From the IMG/VR virus record IMGVR_UViG_3300011336_000437, positions 1-48,513 of that record: a stretch of 48,513 nucleotides of DNA. One strand, 5' to 3'. How positions within the stretch are numbered: the first letter of the stretch is position 1; each line of letters starts with the position of its first letter. The translations under genes were made by a program, and so were the position numbers. Shown here piece by piece: positions 17,741 through 25,612 of the stretch. The DNA comes from a virus (taxonomy: Duplodnaviria > Caudoviricetes). The notes under the pieces are model-generated. The model searched no databases and was not told the origin of the DNA. It saw only the letters and a list, made by a program, of their open reading frames with translations.

Positions 17741-17824
17741 TAGTCAGGACAGGACTTGAACCTGTAAGTGATGTGTGGATTTTACTTGCCCACTCATTGC
17801 GCATACCAATTCCGCCACCTGACT
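17741..17824 (-). tRNA. Aberrant tRNA-like RNA (anticodon not assignable)
   Basis: Acceptor AGTCAGG/CCTGACT+A, D arm GCG-GAATTGGTATG-CGC, T arm ACAGG-TTCAAGT-CCTGT; anticodon arm elongated (ATG.A.GTGGG/TCCAC.A.CAT, loop CAAGTAAAA, no U33); no encoded CCA. Confidence 0.75.
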
Positions 17825-17833
17825 ATGTTTTAA

Positions 17834-18025
17834 TTACCAACCTGATGGTTCATTTGCGTCTTGCACGCCTCTGTCATATCCTGCATCCCACCCTCGGTCG
17901 AAAACTTTTTTACTTTCTTCATCAAATAGCAGCTGTAATAGCTCAGCTTTTTCCTCTTTACTATAGAATGACTTACCATCGTCTTTTAACCCTAATTCTA
18001 ATATATCTACTATTTCTTGTTTCAT
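17834..18025 (-). CDS. Small acidic hypothetical protein
   Basis: 63 aa, FDRGWDAGYDRG motif. Confidence 0.7.
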   Translation of the reverse strand: MKQEIVDILELGLKDDGKSFYSKEEKAELLQLLFDEESKKVFDRGWDAGYDRGVQDANEPSGW

Positions 18026-18081
18026 GCGTTTATTATTTAATTATTATGCGTTGAATATATGTGTTTAATTCTGGCTACCCA

Positions 18082-18240
18082 CTAGTATGCTACATATTCG
18101 GATGCAATTATATCATAGTGTGTGAATCGTTCCTTAACAGCATATTGGTAAGCTGCTTCACGGGTATTGAATACCTTGATATCGTTACTTTTAATTTCAA
18201 TTCCATCGCTGAAATACGGGATAACTACATATACGTTCAT
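18082..18240 (-). CDS. Small hypothetical protein, first gene behind module 4
   Basis: Start moved to MNVYVV after the conserved leader. Confidence 0.7.
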   Translation of the reverse strand: MNVYVVIPYFSDGIEIKSNDIKVFNTREAAYQYAVKERFTHYDIIASEYVAY

Positions 18241-18427
18241 ACTCTGTTGATTTGGTAACAGGGTAAAATTACCCCTTTCTGGCGACATTGTAAAGCTTTT
18301 TTAGACTATTTTTAGAAGTTTTTAGTTTGTCTAACACAGGAGCCCAGGACTAAATATTTTTCATCCCAGGGACCTATAACTAAATGGTTTTCAGTGATTT
18401 CACAAGTGATTGGCTTTCAATAGGTTA
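18241..18427 (-). repeat. Promoter/operator module copy 4
   Basis: Core nearly identical to copy 2; palindromes at 18330, 18360, 18377, 18403. Confidence 0.9.
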
Positions 18428-18466
18428 CCCAGGATCTTTGGGAGCTCATGGGGACAGCCTTTTTTG

Positions 18467-18880
18467 TCACAATTTAACGCTAAAACGTGCTTTCATCTGC
18501 TCTAGTTTCTCATCTGGGACACCGTGAACGTTAATCCCGTTGTGTGCATTCTCTACAATAATTCTGAAGACCATGTAGCCGTACTTTTCTGCCAATTTGT
18601 AGTACTCTTCCATTTCCCATTCTTGCGTAAATGTATTGGCTACAGCGATTTCTGGGTAGTATTGGCTATTTTCGTTGTGTGTCTTCATCATCGTTTCTAC
18701 TTTGTCTCTGCACCATTTGTGAGCTTCTTTAAGTTTAGATGCGTCGAATCTGTACACTCCGTCTTCACCTATAAAATACTGATCGGCTTCGCATATAACT
18801 TGTTCGGTCCAAACGAAGTGAGCGAATGTCGATTTTCCCGCTCCCGATACACCCCTTATTAATGTTAGTACTCCGTTCAT
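18467..18880 (-). CDS. P-loop kinase (AAA_33, polynucleotide-kinase/N4BP2-like)
   Basis: LIRGVSGAGKST, EADQYF, AHKWC, VANTF, NVHGVP. Confidence 0.88.
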   Translation of the reverse strand: MNGVLTLIRGVSGAGKSTFAHFVWTEQVICEADQYFIGEDGVYRFDASKLKEAHKWCRDKVETMMKTHNENSQYYPEIAVANTFTQEWEMEEYYKLAEKYGYMVFRIIVENAHNGINVHGVPDEKLEQMKARFSVKL

Positions 18881-18884
18881 AGCT

Positions 18885-19546
18885 TTATTTTTTATAATGT
18901 TCTACTTTTTGGTGATGATCAAACTCTAACATGCTTTTTATTGGTTGTATATTCATTATCCTCATAATCTCTCTCATCTCCATTGGCTTCATATCGTTTC
19001 CGTCCACACCAACATCCATCATTTTACCAGGGCCGATTCTTTTATGCCTAGGCAGGTGCACGTGGCCATGTAGGTGAATAGTTTCTCTTGCTAAGTTGTT
19101 CCAGCTTGCAATAGGAAAGTGCATCAGCACAAAGTCCTGTTGCTCCATCAATGGAGTTCCAACATTCCACTTCACAGTTAACTCAAGATATTTGTTTACG
19201 GAACTAAAAAGATTTTGACAGTCTTCTCTATTGTTTTCTATGTGATGATCGTGGTTACCCGTGATCAAGTGAATGGTCTTACAAAAGATCCCATCTCTAA
19301 ACTGTTTGATGCTTTCGAATCCACCGAAACTCCAATCTCCTAAGTGAATCAGTATATCGTCTTGCTCAACTACAGCATTAATGTTAGCTATAAGATGCGA
19401 GTTCATTTGTTCTAATGATGCGAACTCTCTACACGTTACTGGATCTATCCATTTAGTTGTTGCTGAACAGATGTTTGCGTGATTGTAGTGAGTCAGGTGT
19501 CCGAGGTAAACCACAATCGGGTATCCTCGGACAAATTAATTTTCAT
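18885..19546 (-). CDS. Calcineurin-like metallophosphoesterase interrupted by 5 nt in motif I (recoded gene or pseudogene)
   Basis: Frame A MKINLSEDTRLWFTSDT* (19546-19493); frame B THYNHANI...HLGDW, GNHD, MHFP, HLHGHVH, DVGVD; joining restores FTSDTH. Confidence 0.85.
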
Positions 19547-19871
19547 GTTCATAATCTTCTTTGTTTACATCCCAATCGCTGACTACGAATTTTAATCCTA
19601 CGTAGCCAACTTTGTAGTCTTTTCCTAAAATTGCGGTAGCTTCGAATCCTCCAGTGCCACAGTGGTAAGCCACATCAGGTTGCATTTCTTCTTCTTTCTC
19701 GATTCCACTTACCACGTTTATTAAAAGATCTTCTGCGCATTCTTTAAGTCTTTCTATGGTTGGACACTCTTTAGATCCGTGCCAAGTCCAATCAAGACAC
19801 TCCATAGTTTGCTTGACTTTATCGAAATTGAAATTCTCCAATATTTCTGATATCATTTTTATCTTTGTCAT
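19536..19871 (-). CDS. Conserved hypothetical phage protein (FNFDKV..M..LDWTW...TGGF)
   Basis: 111 aa ORF. Confidence 0.8.
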   Translation of the reverse strand: MTKIKMISEILENFNFDKVKQTMECLDWTWHGSKECPTIERLKECAEDLLINVVSGIEKEEEMQPDVAYHCGTGGFEATAILGKDYKVGYVGLKFVVSDWDVNKEDYEHEN

Positions 19872-19883
19872 AACTGTTTTTTG

Positions 19884-20108
19884 TTAATCGTTAAAGGATA
19901 CGTCGTTTTCAGACATACACTCTCTTAACTGCTCTCTACACTTTTGATAAGTATCGTGTTGATCATCAGTCAAAGAGTCATCGTATTTTATCTTGCTTCT
20001 TAACCACTGATCTATTTCCCAAAGAGCGCAATAATACCTACCTCCTTTAGCGGCAAAGTTAAACTCTATTTGATCTTCTGGTAAATTAAACTCTAATACT
20101 GCTTTCAT
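19884..20108 (-). CDS. Conserved phage protein (MKAxLEFNLPED family)
   Basis: Recognisable N-terminus. Confidence 0.8.
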   Translation of the reverse strand: MKAVLEFNLPEDQIEFNFAAKGGRYYCALWEIDQWLRSKIKYDDSLTDDQHDTYQKCREQLRECMSENDVSFND

Positions 20109-20109
20109 A

Positions 20110-20274
20110 TTACTTTACTTTTTCGTACATTTTAAATTTACAACTTTTATTGACTTGTTCGATTAATAAGTTTATGGTCTTCTTCCACTCTTGATACTCA
20201 GTCTTTTTTCTTTTATCTGGTACATTATCAAAAAGATCTTCTATGGATTCTACTAAGCTTGTAACGTTTGCCAT
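20110..20274 (-). CDS. Small protein (MANVTSLVES..., 54 aa)
   Basis: Read manually; fills the gap. Confidence 0.6.
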   Translation of the reverse strand: MANVTSLVESIEDLFDNVPDKRKKTEYQEWKKTINLLIEQVNKSCKFKMYEKVK

Positions 20275-20277
20275 TGA

Positions 20278-20490
20278 TTAGTCTTTACTTTTACTGGATT
20301 GACTTTTTGCGGTCATCATATTAAAAAGTATTGATATTCCTAAAGCTTTCCAAAAATTTATCTCATGAACTCCATCTATGGTTCCAACAAGACACCAATT
20401 CCAAAGAAAAACTACTGGCACCGCATATAGTATAGAGAGCGCCACAATTAAACTTATAACTCCTAAAAAAGTTCCAATTTTTTCTACCAT
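20278..20490 (-). CDS. Small membrane protein (LWNW..I.FWxA type)
   Basis: Two hydrophobic segments. Confidence 0.75.
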   Translation of the reverse strand: MVEKIGTFLGVISLIVALSILYAVPVVFLWNWCLVGTIDGVHEINFWKALGISILFNMMTAKSQSSKSKD

Positions 20491-20511
20491 ATTTTTTATT
20501 TTATTGCTTAA

Positions 20512-20829
20512 TCAATTAACTTCTATGATATTAGGATAAGAACTTAACCAACCAATACGGTAACCTGATGTTGTAAAAGTATAAATAGAATCTTGCTTGA
20601 TTTTACCGTAAACATCACTAGAGTAGTAATTACCTCTAAACATATCATCCTCTAACTTCATAGTCAATTTGTCAGTATAAACTAAATAGTAAGATTGAGT
20701 TCCTTCTGTGACTCTTTCTTTACCTTCAACCTTTGCTGTAATGGTATTTACGTTGTTATAAGATTTGATTTGAAATATGATTGCTCCGATGATAATTGCT
20801 ACTACTAAAATAGTTAATCCTTTTTTCAT
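20512..20829 (-). CDS. Membrane-anchored/secreted phage protein
   Basis: N-terminal TM; GYRIGWLSSYPNII C-terminus. Confidence 0.75.
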   Translation of the reverse strand: MKKGLTILVVAIIIGAIIFQIKSYNNVNTITAKVEGKERVTEGTQSYYLVYTDKLTMKLEDDMFRGNYYSSDVYGKIKQDSIYTFTTSGYRIGWLSSYPNIIEVN

Positions 20830-20846
20830 AATTATTATTTTATTTT

Positions 20847-21734
20847 TTATTTTGTTGCGTATCGAGTATTGAATTTCTCTGTCATTTTATCATTATGCTC
20901 TTTAGATCTCTCAGTTTGCCAATTATACACTTCATCAATAAAGTCATTGAATGATTTTGCTGTGACTGTGTGCTCTACGAGGCTATCATTACCGAGAGTA
21001 ACTTCTAAAGTGGTTTTGTATTTATTAGTCTTTATGACTTTGAACGATTTAGCATACACATAATCCCATTTAGATCTACCTATTGATAATTTTATATTAG
21101 CGATAGTTGATTTCAATATGTATGGTCGTGATTCTTGTTCCCAATCGCATTCTATGTTTAGAGTTGGAGTAATGGTACAAAAGAATCCTTCTTGCTTATA
21201 GGTATCGATACCTTCTTGTCTTATTTTCCATTTAATGTCACGGATACTGCTATCGATCTTACGAATTTCTGACGACATCTCTTGGACAGGCTTATTGATT
21301 TCTAAAAGCTTAGGTCTCCAATTATTTAAGAACTCGTACTCGATCCATGCAAGTTTAGCAGCAACTGCACCAAAGATCTGAACGTCGTTCAATATATTCT
21401 CTTCTTGAGTTGTAGCACTAGATCCATACCAATTCATTTTCGCAGACAAAGGAATTTTATTTTCAGATGGGAAAGTAGATCTCCAATCATTTTGTAAAGA
21501 TATGGTGAGTGCAGACCAAGAATTTGAATTAGAACACTTCATGATCTCAATACGACTCTCATCAAGCATAATACTTGGAATGAGAGCGGATACGTTATTA
21601 CGAAGAGACTTTAAAACTTCTTGAGTAGCGGCTTTGAATGCGGGCTCAGATGTTGATGTTTCGTAAGAATCGAGTTCTGCTCGCTTATTAACCAATTGGG
21701 ATTCTAGTGCTGATAAGATGATTTCGTTATTCAT
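20847..21734 (-). CDS. Hypothetical coiled-coil protein
   Basis: 295 aa ORF with its own TAAATTTA box. Confidence 0.8.
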   Translation of the reverse strand: MNNEIILSALESQLVNKRAELDSYETSTSEPAFKAATQEVLKSLRNNVSALIPSIMLDESRIEIMKCSNSNSWSALTISLQNDWRSTFPSENKIPLSAKMNWYGSSATTQEENILNDVQIFGAVAAKLAWIEYEFLNNWRPKLLEINKPVQEMSSEIRKIDSSIRDIKWKIRQEGIDTYKQEGFFCTITPTLNIECDWEQESRPYILKSTIANIKLSIGRSKWDYVYAKSFKVIKTNKYKTTLEVTLGNDSLVEHTVTAKSFNDFIDEVYNWQTERSKEHNDKMTEKFNTRYATK

Positions 21735-21793
21735 AACTTTGATTTAGGTAAATTTAACACAGATTCTTGAGATGCAACAATATATCTTTTTAG

Positions 21794-22021
21794 TTATATT
21801 GAGATTTTCATGAACTCATTTAGATAGTGGACCGCTGGTTCGTAAGGTCCTCGATATTCGGTAAAGTACGCGTCTCCTTCCATATCGTAACTTATGGAAG
21901 TGGTATACATTTCAGAGTCACCACTATATTTGTAAGTCACTTCTTCGAATGTTTGATTGATCATGATCTCCATGGAGTATGAATTGCTAAGGGTCTTATA
22001 TGCTTGCGATATGAATTCCAT
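21794..22021 (-). CDS. Hypothetical protein
   Basis: 75 aa ORF. Confidence 0.7.
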   Translation of the reverse strand: MEFISQAYKTLSNSYSMEIMINQTFEEVTYKYSGDSEMYTTSISYDMEGDAYFTEYRGPYEPAVHYLNEFMKISI

Positions 22022-22162
22022 AACTTATTTTTTAATGAACGTTTGATAGAATGCTTTGACTACTACGTAACCAATGATGCTGACTGAGGATACCAAGATT
22101 GCTTCGAATATTGTGATCATGCTTTTGTTTTTAGTTAAACTAATGAGTCGTGGTTAACCTAA

Positions 22163-22555
22163 TTACTTTAGGTCAAACTTCCTAAGATATGCTTCGTGAA
22201 AAAGTATACCGTATTTTGAGGCCCACTCTTTATAAGGTATGTTCATTGATTTTACGTATTTACCATTGCTATCATAAACTTCTCCCCAAATTCCAACATC
22301 GTTTCTATCTGATACTCTAAATTTGAAATTATCGCAACCAATGTAAGTGGTGACATTAGCTTGGACTTCTCTCCACAATTTAGTGCTACGCTCAGTCTCT
22401 GGTTCAATTACTAAGTGACGCTTAACAAAGTCAGCTTCTATTAGACCGTCTACAGTCACACTGTCATTAGCGCAAGACTTAAAGAAGTCAGCATTGCTTG
22501 GCATTTGATTGTTTTCTAAGAAGTTTACTAACTGGGAGAGGTTCATTCTGTTCAT
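22163..22555 (-). CDS. Hypothetical protein, first gene behind module 5
   Basis: 130 aa ORF. Confidence 0.75.
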   Translation of the reverse strand: MNRMNLSQLVNFLENNQMPSNADFFKSCANDSVTVDGLIEADFVKRHLVIEPETERSTKLWREVQANVTTYIGCDNFKFRVSDRNDVGIWGEVYDSNGKYVKSMNIPYKEWASKYGILFHEAYLRKFDLK

Positions 22556-22769
22556 ACTGTTTGATTTGGTAACAGGGTAAAATTACCCCTTTCTGTCGAT
22601 AGTATAAAGTATTTTGTAACTATTTTTAGAAGTTTTTAGTTCATCTAACACTGGGATCCAGAGCTAAATGGTTTTCAGTGGAAGCTAAAAAGGGCTGAAA
22701 AACCTTCAAAAACCACAACTGGTTGAAAACCAATGATTTGTAAGAAACCTGTTGGAAATCAACCAGTTA
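22556..22769 (-). repeat. Promoter/operator module copy 5
   Basis: Core conserved; palindromes at 22644, 22674, 22716-22740, 22745-22769. Confidence 0.9.
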
Positions 22770-22787
22770 TGCGGGGAGGGCCCTAGA

Positions 22788-22982
22788 TTATTGGGCTGGG
22801 ATGTGGGCAGTGCTATCTGTGGTAGCTGAACCTACTGAATCGATGAGAGCCGGCAAAATAACTGAGCTATCTACTCCGTTGCCTGTCACTGTCACTGAAT
22901 CTGTTGTTACTTGTTCGTTAGAGGTTGATCCGCACGCTGTCATTAGCGCGCACATTGCTAGCATAAGTGCTGTCTTCTTCAT
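22788..22982 (-). CDS. Small lipoprotein
   Basis: Signal peptide with lipobox MTAC; Thr/Asp/Ser-rich body. Confidence 0.7.
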   Translation of the reverse strand: MKKTALMLAMCALMTACGSTSNEQVTTDSVTVTGNGVDSSVILPALIDSVGSATTDSTAHIPAQ

Positions 22983-23409
22983 ATTTGTTTTTGTTTATTT
23001 TGATTATTGAGTTTAACTTTGCTGTGTAGTTTTTAGATTCTGAATATCTACTATTTAAATACTTTTTGAATTCGTAAAGACTCATGACTTTCTTTTTGAA
23101 TAGATTGTCTTGCCACAGTTTATAATCAGCTACACTTTGTTTCCAGTTCTTATAGGTTGCGTAACCTTGACTTTTACCATTAGCCGTAGTTTTCCTCTGT
23201 TTTGGCATTCTCATACCAAAAAGATTCTTATTTAGATTGGCAAGTTTTGATTTAAATGCTCCTGATTCGAGTACTGCTTGCGCGTATGCTATTTCAGGAT
23301 ATAAGATTCCTGCTTTAACTATTTCATCAAAAACTTCCTTGTGAGTAGGAGTCTTGGCGCTTGCAAACATAGATATGGCCAAGAAGGTAAGTAGTAATAA
23401 TTTTTTCAT
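22918..23409 (-). CDS. Secreted GH73 glucosaminidase (peptidoglycan hydrolase)
   Basis: Signal peptide; AQAVLESG, NLFGM, YATY..W..SV.DY, RYSE...Y. Confidence 0.85.
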   Translation of the reverse strand: MKKLLLLTFLAISMFASAKTPTHKEVFDEIVKAGILYPEIAYAQAVLESGAFKSKLANLNKNLFGMRMPKQRKTTANGKSQGYATYKNWKQSVADYKLWQDNLFKKKVMSLYEFKKYLNSRYSESKNYTAKLNSIIKINKNKYEEDSTYASNVRANDSVRINL

Positions 23410-23410
23410 G

Positions 23411-23668
23411 CTAAAACCTTTTTGCTATATTGCTAATAAATTCTGATTCTGCAGCGCTTAGCATGTTCCACCTGCCGGATAGTTTTACTAAAGCTTCCTC
23501 GTATATATTTTCATCATAGGATCTAACTCCTCCTGCAGATGAGAATTTTCTTGCTACTAAACCGTCTTCTACTAGGTAATCAATAAGTTCTTTTAGTTCT
23601 CTCTTGCTACAAGAGTCTACGAATTCATCTGGACTTATTTCCAAATCTTCTACGCTAAAGTCAGGCAT
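23411..23668 (-). CDS. Hypothetical protein
   Basis: 85 aa ORF. Confidence 0.75.
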   Translation of the reverse strand: MPDFSVEDLEISPDEFVDSCSKRELKELIDYLVEDGLVARKFSSAGGVRSYDENIYEEALVKLSGRWNMLSAAESEFISNIAKRF

Positions 23669-23738
23669 AACTATTTGTTTTGTTATTATGTAAATATAAG
23701 GACTATTTCCTTATCTTAAAAACTTATCTTCTTAGTGA

Positions 23739-24041
23739 CTATTTATTTCTAATCACATATTCTAATACCAACTTTTGAAGATCACGCAATGCTTCGGTGT
23801 TTGCTTTTACTAGATCAACCAATTGATCCTTCTGTTCTACTATTAGACTCATCATCTCTTCTTGTAGAGCATCAATCTTTTTTTCTAAGTTATCGTTTTT
23901 GGTTACTAGTCTATTGTATTGGGTCCATGCGAAATATCCAAGAATCAGGGCTAACGCACCTACTACACCGTACTGAAGAAATGATCCTTCTACTGTAGAC
24001 TGACCAAGGGTTGACTGAAGAATCCTCATTAATACTGTCAT
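23739..24041 (-). CDS. Putative holin (BhlA-like)
   Basis: QYGVVGALALILGYF single TM plus coiled coil; ATATTTAT motif upstream. Confidence 0.55.
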   Translation of the reverse strand: MTVLMRILQSTLGQSTVEGSFLQYGVVGALALILGYFAWTQYNRLVTKNDNLEKKIDALQEEMMSLIVEQKDQLVDLVKANTEALRDLQKLVLEYVIRNK

Positions 24042-24486
24042 TTTTAGTATGCTTATAAATATCGACTTCGCATGATAAATCTTCTTTATTTGATTGTTTT
24101 TTATACATGTTTTCCAAGTATTTTAAACATTCTGGACTGTCTTTTTGTGCGGCGTTTTCTGCTGATATCTCCATCGGGTGTTCGTGAGGATCTAAATACT
24201 TGGAGATAATTTGATAGTGATACATATTCTGTAGATAGTGAGTATACTCGTGTATCATCGTATCTACAAGATCAGCTAAGGTTTCGTGCTTGTCTCTGTT
24301 TATGTATATGCATTGATCTATCTCGTCGTAGTATCCCCACTCCTCACCATCGTAGTAGTCTCCTTTTCTGAATACTACCTCTGGGTACCTTCCGTTATAC
24401 TTAGATCTACCGTACTTCTTTTTACACCATTCGTATATCTTATCTACGTGACCTCTATGGGGTAATGATTTTGAGAATTCTATCAT
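23911..24486 (-). CDS. Zincin-like metallopeptidase
   Basis: TMIHEYTHYLQ ... PMEISA. Confidence 0.75.
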   Translation of the reverse strand: MIEFSKSLPHRGHVDKIYEWCKKKYGRSKYNGRYPEVVFRKGDYYDGEEWGYYDEIDQCIYINRDKHETLADLVDTMIHEYTHYLQNMYHYQIISKYLDPHEHPMEISAENAAQKDSPECLKYLENMYKKQSNKEDLSCEVDIYKHTKNDSINEDSSVNPWSVYSRRIISSVRCSRCVSPDSWIFRMDPIQ

Positions 24487-24679
24487 ACAAGCTAGGCTTT
24501 TCGTTCTTTATTATAGCTACTAACTTATCGAAGTCGTAGTCCTTGCTCTTATACATATCGCAATGTCCTCTTGTTTTTGGAACTCTGCTACCCACTTTGT
24601 ACTTCTTACACCATTTTGGATATGGTATAGGATTCTCTACGTTTGTGGTCTTCATGATTTTGATAGTCAATTCTTGCAT
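24455..24679 (-). CDS. Hypothetical protein
   Basis: 74 aa ORF with TAATTTTA box upstream. Confidence 0.65.
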   Translation of the reverse strand: MQELTIKIMKTTNVENPIPYPKWCKKYKVGSRVPKTRGHCDMYKSKDYDFDKLVAIIKNEKPSLYDRILKIITP

Positions 24680-24865
24680 AACTTATTATTTAGGAAGTAA
24701 AATTATGCAATTAATATGATCTAGATAATTTTATCTTCTCAGTAATAATTCTAATAAAACCAAAGTTAAAAAAAATATAGCAAATCCCCAAAAAATACCT
24801 CTTTCAAAATTTATTTTCTTTTTGGTATTAAAATTAAAAATAAGATCTAAAAATTTATACATACT

Positions 24866-25612
24866 TTATTTTTTATATATTGATACTTTTCCTTGATAAT
24901 CTATTAATATAGCGCTCATGTTTTCTACCCAATCACCACTATTAAGATATCTCTTACCATTAATAATTCGATCTTCAGGTTGATGTATGTGACCACAAAT
25001 AACTCCATCACATCCTTTCTTCTCTGCCATTTTTAATGCCGTGGTTTCAAAATCATTAACATAGTTAGTTGCTGTTTTAACACTAGATTTTATTTTTTGT
25101 GATATGGATTGATATGGTAGCTTTCTCCACGTTCTGTATTTGTTATATATTCTATTTAACCACAATGCAAAGTCGTATCCTATCGCTCCTAATTTAGCTA
25201 GGTGAGTATATTTTGTTATGAATATATCTATGACATCTCCGTGAAAAACATAATAACATTTTTTTTGCCAATTATCGTATTCTATGTGCTCAGTGTATTC
25301 TATCTTATAGTCTTCTCTAAATTCTATTCCACCAAAATGATTGCCTATAAACTCTTGTAGAAACTCGTCGTGATTACCTCTAATCCAAATAACTTGGATC
25401 TTGTTAGAAAGTTTAAGTATTTTGCTTAAAACTTTTGTGTGTTCTTTTTTCCACTTAGAACCTCTATTTAAAGCCCATCCGTCTACTATGTCTCCATTAA
25501 GGATCAATAAATCTGTTGGATGTTTGTCTATAAATTCTAAGAAATCTTCAGCTTTAGAGTCTTTAGTTCCAAGATGAAGATCTGATACGATGATTGCTTT
25601 ATAGTTTTTCAT
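24866..25612 (-). CDS. LpxH-like UDP-2,3-diacylglucosamine hydrolase family metallophosphoesterase
   Basis: VSDLHLG, LNGDIVDGW, GNHD, HGD, CGHIH, YLNSGDWVE. Confidence 0.88.
   Translation of the reverse strand: MKNYKAIIVSDLHLGTKDSKAEDFLEFIDKHPTDLLILNGDIVDGWALNRGSKWKKEHTKVLSKILKLSNKIQVIWIRGNHDEFLQEFIGNHFGGIEFREDYKIEYTEHIEYDNWQKKCYYVFHGDVIDIFITKYTHLAKLGAIGYDFALWLNRIYNKYRTWRKLPYQSISQKIKSSVKTATNYVNDFETTALKMAEKKGCDGVICGHIHQPEDRIINGKRYLNSGDWVENMSAILIDYQGKVSIYKK

Noticed and set aside
19493-19495. Genome-wide TGA reassignment as the explanation of the stop
   Set aside because: Read-through would stay in the wrong frame; other genes are intact under code 11 and some end in TGA.
18885-19514. ORF-track start MVYLGHL for the phosphoesterase
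   Set aside because: Lacks the catalytic Asp of DxH and sits inside the hairpin; the natural N-terminus is in another frame from 19546.
768-22769. Repeats as CRISPR array, IS ends or integron attC sites
   Set aside because: Copies are kilobases apart, contain promoter boxes, and no cas, transposase or integrase gene is visible.
2337-23666. Other minus-strand CCTGACT matches (about 2337, 15265, 23660)
   Set aside because: All are in-frame Pro-Asp codons in intact genes with no adjacent hairpin noticed; a few 7-mer hits are expected by chance.
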